Virus record (IMG/VR): IMGVR_UViG_3300029400_000005
Reading direction: 5' to 3' (one strand)
Length of the DNA: 43,044 bases
DNA from: a virus
In this document: in pieces, positions 35,256-40,693 of the stretch
How the letters are laid out: each line of letters begins with the position of its first letter
Numbering within the stretch: position 1 is the stretch's first letter
Translations under genes and position numbers: made by a program
Notes under the pieces: model-generated
Seen by the model: the letters and a program-made list of their open reading frames with translations, nothing else
Database searches by the model: none
What the model was told of the DNA's origin: nothing

Positions 35256-35345
35256 CCTGCTCCGTTTAAGCTCCTGAACTTCCTTTTCTATCTTCACCCA
35301 GCGTTCCTCTTCCACAGGTTCGCTGGGCTTTTTGCTGTTGTTCAT
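35040..35345 (-). CDS. Doubtful minus-strand ORF (only the first ~30 codons are plausible)
   Basis: GGAGG RBS plus ATG at 35345. The remainder is antisense to the acidic tail of moron A and may be a shadow ORF. Confidence 0.25.
   Translation of the reverse strand: MNNSKKPSEPVEEERWVKIEKEVQELKRSRSILSIGLFLLSGLYGILILCIILRIIRIEDTLTSIIQFNALVGEHLQSLGDSLIRILNDFEMLLRALSEVF
35297..35342 (+). terminator. Intrinsic terminator of moron A
   Basis: CCCAGCG/CGCTGGG stem followed by CTTTTTGCTGTTGTT. Confidence 0.5.
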
Positions 35346-35361
35346 GTGGATTTGTACCTCC

Positions 35362-35390
35362 TTGTATTCACTTCACTTTCGCTGTAAAAT
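35362..35390 (+). promoter_or_regulatory. Candidate promoter of moron B (TTGTAT-17-TAAAAT)
   Basis: The -35 is at 35362..35367 and the -10 at 35385..35390. Confidence 0.4.
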
Positions 35391-35419
35391 AAAAAGACGG
35401 AAAGGAGGTGAATGGAAAA

Positions 35420-36013
35420 ATGATTTTTGAAAATTTTTTAAGAATGCATGGTCTGAATATGCAAATTGAGCGAGATGGTGAAATTATTGCAACCGTTCCA
35501 GGTTTGCCAAACCGAGAAACGGCAACGAACCGTCAGTACGTTGGATTTCGCCCAAAAACCGATATTAAAATAGACGATGTTATTATCACTCCGGCCAATG
35601 AACGGCTTTATGTAACGGAAACGCAGGCATCGTTCTTCCAAAAGCAGCAGGAAGAAATAAAAGCGTTCTATATGACCGAAGTCGAGAAAAAGCGAAAAGA
35701 AACCGAACAGCGTCAGAGTAATATTTATAATATCGGTACAGCTTACGGTTCTGTAATTGGAACAGCCAATACAGCGACCATCAACTACCAGACGAATTTT
35801 CAGGAACTGCGGGAAAGGGCAGAAGCTGAAGATGCACCGGACAAAGAGCAAGTCCAGAAGTTAGTTGATCTTGTTGAGATGATCGTAAATGACCAGATTC
35901 CTCCGCAGAAGGGATTGTTGTCCAAGTTTTCCGAAACGATGGAACGTCACTCGTGGATTACAAGTGCTGTTGCATCTGCGCTTGTATCGTGGTTGACACA
36001 ACTTCCGCACTGA
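35420..36013 (+). CDS. Moron B: hypothetical protein (197 aa)
   Basis: ATG at 35420, 11 nt after GGAGG. MIFENFLRMHGLNMQIERDGE...NIGTAYGSVIGTANTATINYQ...HSWITSAVASALVSWL. No family was recognised. Confidence 0.7.
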   Translation: MIFENFLRMHGLNMQIERDGEIIATVPGLPNRETATNRQYVGFRPKTDIKIDDVIITPANERLYVTETQASFFQKQQEEIKAFYMTEVEKKRKETEQRQSNIYNIGTAYGSVIGTANTATINYQTNFQELRERAEAEDAPDKEQVQKLVDLVEMIVNDQIPPQKGLLSKFSETMERHSWITSAVASALVSWLTQLPH

Positions 36014-36197
36014 TCTCGATGGTCAAGTTTAACAATGCTTTTCCATTGCTGGACTGAACCAACGAATAATCCTTCACGTTCTGGATAACCGTTCCGTCTA
36101 TCTGGCAGCTAAAACGATTGTCCAAGTGCGACAGCTGAATCTCTTGCGCCCCGCGCTTCTCTTCCTTAGGAGCGTGGGGCCTTTTGCTGTTGCTCAT
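35958..36197 (-). CDS. Small early protein (79 aa)
   Basis: ATG at 36197 with GGAGG 8 nt upstream, MSNSKRPHAPKEEKRGAQEIQLSHLDNRFSCQIDGTVIQNVKDYSLVQSSNGKALLNLTIEISAE. Its 3' end overlaps moron B by 56 nt. Confidence 0.45.
   Translation of the reverse strand: MSNSKRPHAPKEEKRGAQEIQLSHLDNRFSCQIDGTVIQNVKDYSLVQSSNGKALLNLTIEISAEVVSTTIQAQMQQHL
36148..36192 (+). terminator. Intrinsic terminator of moron B
   Basis: GCCCCGCGC/GCGTGGGGC (9 bp, one G-U) followed by CTTTTGCTGTTG. Confidence 0.5.
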
Positions 36198-36249
36198 CTT
36201 CTTCACCTCCTTTGGATGGCGGGCAAGTATGTATTTTTCACTATGGATG

Positions 36250-36258
36250 TGCTATCAT
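36250..36258 (+). promoter_or_regulatory. Extended -10 element TGcTATCAT upstream of moron C
   Basis: Read directly; the -35 is poor. Confidence 0.35.
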
Positions 36259-36292
36259 AAAGACACCCCAAAACGGAAGGAGGTGAAAAAAC

Positions 36293-36667
36293 ATGAGCTT
36301 GTCATTGACTAAAATGGCTGTTCTTACTGGATATGCAAATACCATTTCCCTCAAAGAATTTGCAAAGAACCGTTTATTTCTGGTGACACCTGCTGGCATG
36401 ATCAGCGGTATCCCCGTATTTGATGAGGAAAATAGCAATCCGAACATTGCCGTTGCGCAGACAGTTAACTCCTCAGCTCTCAAGGCCGTTTCCAAAGCTG
36501 CTTCTGCTGAAGAAGAAAGTCCGCAGACGGGTGAAAGCTGTGAGTTTATTCTGCTAAAGGATGCTCGTCTGGAAACCACAAGTCCCGTTGTGAATTTCCC
36601 TGTTCTGACTGTCTTTTGTGACCAGATCATTGCTGTGACCCTTGGCACTGATCTCACCAATGGCTAA
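36293..36667 (+). CDS. Moron C: hypothetical protein (124 aa)
   Basis: GGAAGGAGGTG RBS, MSLSLTKMAVLTGYANTISLKEFAKNRLFLVTPAGMISGIPVF... No family was recognised. Confidence 0.7.
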   Translation: MSLSLTKMAVLTGYANTISLKEFAKNRLFLVTPAGMISGIPVFDEENSNPNIAVAQTVNSSALKAVSKAASAEEESPQTGESCEFILLKDARLETTSPVVNFPVLTVFCDQIIAVTLGTDLTNG

Positions 36668-36748
36668 CACCTCGCGATTTTGCCGCCCTTGTACCGCTAA
36701 TACAAGGGCGGCAATTTCTTTGGGTTCACCAATGATTTTGATTTTCAT
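36554..36748 (-). CDS. Doubtful small ORF after the cro-like gene
   Basis: GGAGG 8 nt upstream of the ATG at 36748 (MKIKIIGEPKEIAALVLAVQGRQ...). However, it runs through the moron C terminator hairpin and antisense to moron C. Confidence 0.3.
   Translation of the reverse strand: MKIKIIGEPKEIAALVLAVQGRQNREVLAIGEISAKGHSNDLVTKDSQNREIHNGTCGFQTSIL
36680..36721 (+). terminator. Intrinsic terminator of moron C
   Basis: Perfect 14-bp stem TTGCCGCCCTTGTA/TACAAGGGCGGCAA with a 7-nt loop, followed by TTTCTTT. Confidence 0.7.
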
Positions 36749-36780
36749 GTTTTTCACCTCCTTTTGGATGAATTAAATAA

Positions 36781-36795
36781 TCTACTTTAAGTAGA
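36781..36795. promoter_or_regulatory. Distal operator, perfect palindrome TCTACTTtAAGTAGA
   Basis: Overlaps the stop codon of the cro-like gene. Confidence 0.55.
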
Positions 36796-36987
36796 TGCAC
36801 TGGCGAAAAAAATTTGGTCGATGGGAATGCCGACGACCTCACTGATTCTTTTCGCGGTGGCGACGGTAGCGTCTTCGGGCGATTGCTCGATTTTGCGGTA
36901 TGTATCGCGCGAAATTCCGAGCTTTTCTGCCATTTCACGCTGTGTGAAACCGGCGTACTGGCGGGCTTGTTTAACGGTGAATCCCAA
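36787..36987 (-). CDS. Cro-like XRE-family HTH protein
   Basis: GFTVKQARQYAGFTQREMAEKLGISRDTYRKIEQ. The likely start is TTG at 36987, 7 nt after GGAGG (the track GTG is at 36993). Confidence 0.8.
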   Translation of the reverse strand: MGFTVKQARQYAGFTQREMAEKLGISRDTYRKIEQSPEDATVATAKRISEVVGIPIDQIFFASAST

Positions 36988-37019
36988 GTTCACACCTCCT
37001 TTCGTCTGGGTTCGAGAAT

Positions 37020-37048
37020 ACTATACTCCACTTTTAGTAGAATGTCAA
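37020..37048 (-). promoter_or_regulatory. Early lytic promoter (PR-like) TTGACA-17-TATAGT
   Basis: The -35 is at 37043..37048 and the -10 at 37020..37025 on the minus strand. Confidence 0.7.
37027..37041. promoter_or_regulatory. Operator copy TCCACTTTTAGTAGA (13/15 match to the distal palindrome)
   Basis: Lies inside the spacer of the PR-like promoter. Confidence 0.55.
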
Positions 37049-37062
37049 GAACTTAAAGTAGA
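37048..37062. promoter_or_regulatory. Operator copy AGAACTTAAAGTAGA (12/15)
   Basis: Abuts the -35 of the PR-like promoter, 21 bp centre-to-centre from the previous copy. Confidence 0.45.
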
Positions 37063-37079
37063 AAATTTTAAAATAAATG

Positions 37080-37108
37080 TTGACATAGCTCTACTTTTGG
37101 TGTAATCT
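37080..37108 (+). promoter_or_regulatory. Candidate repressor promoter (PRM-like), TTGACA with a weak -10
   Basis: TTGACA at 37080..37085. The -10 is either TAATCT (17-nt spacer) or TGTAAT (15-nt spacer). Confidence 0.4.
37090..37104. promoter_or_regulatory. Operator copy TCTACTTTTGGTGTA (11/15)
   Basis: Lies inside the spacer of the PRM-like promoter, 42 bp from the previous copy. Confidence 0.4.
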
Positions 37109-37130
37109 CTACATATAAGGAGTGATTCAA

Positions 37131-37760
37131 TTGAGCATCGCTGAAAATATTAAAAAAATCCGATTGGAACACGAGCTATCACAGGCTGACCTTGGCAAGA
37201 TTGCAGGTGTCAGCGACAAAGCGGTGTCCACTTGGGAACTCGGGATAAAAATACCTCGCATGGGCGCAGTGGAGAAAATGGCAAATTACTTTGGTATCCC
37301 CAAAAGTGCAATTTTGGATGATGCCCAGCCCGCTCCTGCATCCCGTCCCATCCCCCCGGGCTTTGAGCCGATGCCGAAGATGAAGAAGATCCCGCTGATC
37401 GGCAGCATTGCCTGTGGGGAACCCATCACGGCAGAGCAGAACATTGAAAAAATGGTGGACGTGCCGGAGAACATCCGGTGCGATTTTTCCCTGACCTGCC
37501 ACGGTGACAGCATGGTGGATGCCGGCATTCACGATAAAGACGTGGTGTATATCCGCATCCAGCCGGAGGTGGAGAACGGCGAGATCGCAGCGGTGCGCAT
37601 TGATGGTGAAGCCACCCTCAAGCGGGTATATTACAACCCCGGCACGCTGACCCTGATGCCCGCAAACCCGGCTTATGCGCCCATGATCTATACCGGCTCC
37701 CAGCTGGAAGAGGTGCACATTGAGGGCAAGGCCGTAGGCTGGACGCACTGGGTGGGGTGA
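37131..37760 (+). CDS. CI-type repressor: XRE HTH plus S24 (LexA-like) self-cleaving peptidase domain
   Basis: LSQADLGKIAGVSDKAVSTWELG; ...HGDSMVDAGI...ATLKRVY (Ser/Lys dyad). I prefer TTG at 37131 (AAGGAG 8 nt upstream) to the track GTG at 37122. Confidence 0.85.
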   Translation: MSIAENIKKIRLEHELSQADLGKIAGVSDKAVSTWELGIKIPRMGAVEKMANYFGIPKSAILDDAQPAPASRPIPPGFEPMPKMKKIPLIGSIACGEPITAEQNIEKMVDVPENIRCDFSLTCHGDSMVDAGIHDKDVVYIRIQPEVENGEIAAVRIDGEATLKRVYYNPGTLTLMPANPAYAPMIYTGSQLEEVHIEGKAVGWTHWVG

Positions 37761-37807
37761 AAAGCGATATTTCACTAAAATTTGCGAAAAATAACCAATA
37801 ATTGATT

Positions 37808-37819
37808 ATTTTGCAAAAT
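37808..37819. promoter_or_regulatory. Perfect 12-bp palindrome ATTTTGCAAAAT upstream of the NYN promoter
   Basis: Read directly; it ends 3 nt before the -35. Confidence 0.6.
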
Positions 37820-37822
37820 GAG

Positions 37823-37851
37823 TTGACAAAATCAACAAAAACGCATATAAT
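37823..37851 (+). promoter_or_regulatory. Consensus sigma-70 promoter TTGACA-17-TATAAT
   Basis: The -35 is at 37823..37828, the spacer is 17 nt, and the -10 is at 37846..37851. Confidence 0.75.
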
Positions 37852-37857
37852 GGGGGT

Positions 37858-37969
37858 GCATCTTTACAGGATGCCATCAGAAACATGATGTTTCAAAATG
37901 CTTAACAGACCCCTGGTAGTAAGCCCCCCGCCGATATGGGGAAGGCTGAATCCTGGGGTCTTATTTTTT
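37858..37969 (+). promoter_or_regulatory. Structured 5' leader: two abutting mini-hairpins plus a long terminator hairpin with U-tract
   Basis: GCATC-N7-GATGC at 37858..37874 and CATCA-N6-TGATG at 37875..37890. AGACCCCTGG...CCTGGGGTCT (37907..37961) has an inner GCC-CCCC/GGGG-GGC stem and is followed by TTATTTTTT. Confidence 0.6.
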
Positions 37970-37990
37970 ACCAAAGGAAGTGTAACACAA

Positions 37991-38671
37991 ATGGCAAAGA
38001 CAGCAATTCTGGTTGATGGCGGCTTTTACCGCAAACGTGCAGCCCACTTGTGGGGCAAAAAGACCGCCGAGGAACGTGCGAAGGAACTGAATGCTTACTG
38101 TATGGCTCACCTTCACGATAAGGACGGCAACGAGGAGCGTCAGCTGTACCGCATTTTCTATTACGATTGTGAGCCAGTAGGCCGCCGCAGCGTGTACCAC
38201 CCGCTGACAAAGAAGAATGTGGATTTGGACAAATCTGATACTTATACATGGACGCAGACCTTTTTGGAAGAATTGCGGAAGCGCAGAAAATTTGCACTCC
38301 GCCTTGGTACATTGTCCAACCAAATAGCCTACAATCTGCGCCCGGATGTGACCCGCAAGCTTCTTGCTGGCACAAAGCAGCTGGAAGAGCTGACCGAGGA
38401 CGATTTCGTTTTTGTGGCTCAGCAAAAGGGCGTGGACATGCGTGTTGGTGTTGATATTGCGTCACTCGCGTATAAGAAGCAGGTTGATCAGATCATTCTG
38501 ATTGCCGGTGACAGTGATTTTGTCCCCGCTGCCAAGCTTGCCCGACGGGAGGGCGTGGACTTTATCCTTGACCCGATGTGGGCTGATATCAAGCCTGATC
38601 TGTTTGAGCATATTGACGGCCTGAAGAGCCAGTGGCGTAAGCGCAGCGAAAAAGCTGAAGCGAAGAAGTAA
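37991..38671 (+). CDS. NYN-domain (LabA/DUF88-type PIN-like) putative ribonuclease
   Basis: 226 aa from the ATG at 37991 (AAAGGAAG RBS): MAKTAILVDGGFYRKR...QQKGVDMRVGVDIASLA...IILIAGDSDFVPAAKLARREGV. Confidence 0.75.
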   Translation: MAKTAILVDGGFYRKRAAHLWGKKTAEERAKELNAYCMAHLHDKDGNEERQLYRIFYYDCEPVGRRSVYHPLTKKNVDLDKSDTYTWTQTFLEELRKRRKFALRLGTLSNQIAYNLRPDVTRKLLAGTKQLEELTEDDFVFVAQQKGVDMRVGVDIASLAYKKQVDQIILIAGDSDFVPAAKLARREGVDFILDPMWADIKPDLFEHIDGLKSQWRKRSEKAEAKK

Positions 38672-38679
38672 GGCCAAAC

Positions 38680-38727
38680 AATGTGCAAATTTTGCACATT
38701 GCTTCCAGCCGTTGCAAAATCTGCAAC
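38680..38727. repeat. Two palindromes: AATGTGCAAAtTTTGCACATT and GTTGCAaaatcTGCAAC
   Basis: At 38680..38700 (10-bp arms) and 38711..38727. The 13-mer TGCAAAATCTGCA (38713..38725) is identical to 23462..23474. Confidence 0.8.
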
Positions 38728-38735
38728 AGCTCAAT

Positions 38736-38819
38736 AAAAACAAAAAACGCCCCCGGTGCTACCAACACCGAGAGCGTTTGCAGAGTGGCTTGCCCCAGAG
38801 GGTACAATCCAACATGAAC
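38736..38819 (-). ncRNA. Predicted small RNA (~85 nt) between the NYN gene and int
   Basis: It is bounded by a strong promoter and a strand-specific terminator. The terminator is a 13-bp stem at 38746..38778, fully paired only in the minus-strand RNA via two G-U pairs, followed by U6GU5. Confidence 0.5.
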
Positions 38820-38825
38820 ACTTGT

Positions 38826-38854
38826 ATTGTACCACCTCCGGGCAGGCTTGTCAA
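38826..38854 (-). promoter_or_regulatory. Strong minus-strand promoter TTGACA-17-(TGg)TACAAT
   Basis: The -35 is at 38849..38854 and the -10 at 38826..38831, with an extended -10 TG. Confidence 0.65.
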
Positions 38855-38884
38855 AGTGTACCCTTGTGTATGGAGGTGGATTTT

Positions 38885-40021
38885 ATGAAAAAGAGAACCA
38901 ACACGGCATTTTGGGTCGAGAAGGAAAGCCGCTGGTGCATCGCGGTGCAGAAGAACGGTACCCGCAAGCGCTTTTACAGCAGCACGCCGGGCCGCACCGG
39001 CCAGCGGGAAGCAAACGCAAAAGCGGATGCATGGCTCGACGACAGCATCCGGGACGGCAAGAAGAAGGTAGCTGCCCTCTATGCCCAGTGGGTAGAAGAA
39101 CTGAAGCTCACCTGCGGCACATCCTATGTTGAGCAGTGCAAGAAATACGGAGATTACTATATTCTGCCTGTCTGTGGGGACATCCGCATTGACGAGCTGA
39201 CCGAAGGCGATCTGCAAAAAGCCATCAATCTGTCTTTCAAAAAGCGATGCCTTAAAAAGGAGCGTCAGCGTAGGTCAAGCGACAAGCCTTTGAGCCGCAA
39301 GACCCTTATGACGATCCGCTCAACGGAGATCAGCTTTTTGAAATGGTGCCGCCGGAACAGGTACAGTACGATGTTCCCTGAGCTGTCTATCCCGAAGAAT
39401 GCCCGCATGGGGAAGAAAAAGATTTTACAGCCGACCGCTTTGAAAGTCCTGTTTGATGTGGACACCCGCCTTTACTATGGCAAGCTGGTCTTTGACGAGT
39501 ATATCTATGCCTACCGGTTTGCAGTTGCTACAGGTGTACGCCCCGGTGAACTTGTGGGGCTCTGGTATGGTGACGTCAAAGGGAACACCGTCAATCTGCG
39601 CCGCAGCATCAACCGGATGGATGAAGAAACCACCGGAAAGAATGAAAACGCTATTCGTTCATTTGACATGGGCGAGGAAGCCCATGAGGCCTACGAAGCG
39701 CAGGTAGCCTTGCTGAAGGCTTCCGATATCCCGCTGAACTATACCACCCCTTTGTTCCAGATCCCGAACCAGAGAGCTTTATTCAAGCGCTGGAAGAAGT
39801 ACCAGCGTGACAATGGCATTGAGCCTCAGGTCACGCTGTATGAGATGCGGCACACTTTCGTCAGCATTGAATCCGGCGTATTGACCGACAGCCAGCTGAA
39901 GATGCTGGTCGGTCACAGCAAGAACATGGATACTGCCGGAGTGTATCGGCACGAGCTTGATGGTCAGAGGGAAGATCTTGCTGCCGCTACCACCGCGGCA
40001 TTCAAAAAGGCACAGGCCTGA
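38885..40021 (+). CDS. int: Tyrosine recombinase / phage integrase
   Basis: ATG at 38885 with GGAGGTG upstream. Carries ...ATGVRPGELVGL...MRHTFVSI...LVGHSKNMDTAGVYRH. Confidence 0.9.
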   Translation: MKKRTNTAFWVEKESRWCIAVQKNGTRKRFYSSTPGRTGQREANAKADAWLDDSIRDGKKKVAALYAQWVEELKLTCGTSYVEQCKKYGDYYILPVCGDIRIDELTEGDLQKAINLSFKKRCLKKERQRRSSDKPLSRKTLMTIRSTEISFLKWCRRNRYSTMFPELSIPKNARMGKKKILQPTALKVLFDVDTRLYYGKLVFDEYIYAYRFAVATGVRPGELVGLWYGDVKGNTVNLRRSINRMDEETTGKNENAIRSFDMGEEAHEAYEAQVALLKASDIPLNYTTPLFQIPNQRALFKRWKKYQRDNGIEPQVTLYEMRHTFVSIESGVLTDSQLKMLVGHSKNMDTAGVYRHELDGQREDLAAATTAAFKKAQA

Positions 40022-40024
40022 ATC

Positions 40025-40045
40025 TGGTAACAGTTTTGGTAACAC
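40025..40045 (+). repeat. attP arm-type repeat TGGTAACAGTTTTGGTAACAC
   Basis: 19/21 identical to 40234..40254. It contains two TGGTAAC units 13 bp apart. Confidence 0.7.
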
Positions 40046-40160
40046 TCTTTTTTGTAAATGTAGCAAAATACATGGGCTACAAACCAACCGCACTACCTTT
40101 TTAGCAAGTGTTTAGGCGCGTTGCAGATACGTTTTTGACGTCGCTCAATCATTTTTTGTT

Positions 40161-40181
40161 GTTCGACCCCCACTACCCGCA
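40161..40181 (+). other. attP core candidate: tRNA 3'-end mimic (T-loop, T-stem 3' strand, acceptor 3' strand, discriminator)
   Basis: G-TTCGACC-CCCAC-TACCCGC-A. The sequence upstream lacks the complementary GTGGG, so this is a fragment and not a gene. Confidence 0.55.
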
Positions 40182-40193
40182 TACAAAGAAAAG

Positions 40194-40226
40194 CGCGTTG
40201 GTTCGTACAGAACCAGCGTGTTTTTT
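40194..40226 (+). terminator. Intrinsic terminator following the tRNA-like core
   Basis: 11-bp stem (CGCGTTGGTTC/GAACCAGCGTG, with G-U pairs), a 5-nt loop and T6. Confidence 0.6.
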
Positions 40227-40233
40227 CTTATCG

Positions 40234-40254
40234 TGGTAACACTTTTGGTAACGC
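40234..40254 (+). repeat. attP arm-type repeat TGGTAACACTTTTGGTAACGC
   Basis: Direct repeat of 40025..40045. Confidence 0.7.
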
Positions 40255-40264
40255 TATTAAGTTT

Positions 40265-40606
40265 TCAGACTGCTCTCACCAGCGCATTATACAACATTTC
40301 AATGAACTGCACCGCGCTTGGGCATCCGGTCAGCGGATAGCCTGCCAGCTGCTGCACATACTCCGGGTTTGTGAGCCATGCACCTTTAGCTGCCCGGCGT
40401 ACAGCGCTTTGAATCGCTTTTGGCTCACATCTTCTGCGGTCGGCGATAGGGGTATAGATATCTTTCTCCACGGCCTGCAGGCGGTCTTCCTGCTCACAGA
40501 CCAGCTCAAGACACTGGCACAGGATACTGTAGGCGCTCAGATTGCGTGTGATGCCCATCGGGCGCAGCAAATCATTGACCTGAGTGGACAATTCGGAAAC
40601 GATCAT
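40265..40606 (-). CDS. Spo0A C-terminal (DNA-binding) domain-like protein
   Basis: 113 aa from the ATG at 40606. MGITRNLSAYSILCQCLELV...IYTPIADRR...AIQSAVRRAAKGAW...LAGY...PSAVQFIEML aligns by eye with the B. subtilis Spo0A effector domain. Confidence 0.7.
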   Translation of the reverse strand: MIVSELSTQVNDLLRPMGITRNLSAYSILCQCLELVCEQEDRLQAVEKDIYTPIADRRRCEPKAIQSAVRRAAKGAWLTNPEYVQQLAGYPLTGCPSAVQFIEMLYNALVRAV

Positions 40607-40666
40607 AGTTGACACATCCTTTCTATGCGTCAACTCTAACCGAAAAATACTTAAAATTTACCAATT

Positions 40667-40693
40667 ACGTCGATATACGTCGTAAAGCGTCGA
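40667..40693. promoter_or_regulatory. Three CGTCG repeats phased at exactly 10 bp (0A-box-like)
   Basis: ACGTCGA at 40667, ACGTCGT at 40677 and GCGTCGAAA at 40687. The last contains GTCGAAA of the 0A-box TGTCGAA. Confidence 0.5.

Noticed and set aside
34430-35277. Alternative-frame plus-strand ORFs inside moron A (34430..34789, 34864..35277).
   Set aside because: They are nested in other frames of a longer ORF that has a proper RBS. There are no RBSs for these ORFs, and their composition is Arg/Ser/Cys-rich.
37898-37990. N-terminal extension of the NYN ORF (track start at 37898).
   Set aside because: There is no RBS before 37898. The extension would be translated through the terminator hairpin and U-tract. 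The NYN motif AILVDGG normally sits at the extreme N-terminus, and the ATG at 37991 has an AAAGGAAG RBS.
38759-39217. 152-aa minus-strand ORF antisense to int, and the 18-codon ORF (MLDCTLWGKPLCKRSRCW) inside the predicted sRNA.
   Set aside because: The long ORF is antisense to a well-supported integrase. It would also start upstream of the only good minus-strand promoter. The 18-codon ORF has no RBS and its stop lies in the terminator loop. It is kept only as a remote possibility (leaderless peptide).
40161-40181. A possible complete tRNA gene next to int.
   Set aside because: Only the T-loop, the 3' T-stem strand and the 3' acceptor strand are present. The upstream sequence cannot form the T-stem, anticodon arm or D-arm. 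It is interpreted as the attP core.
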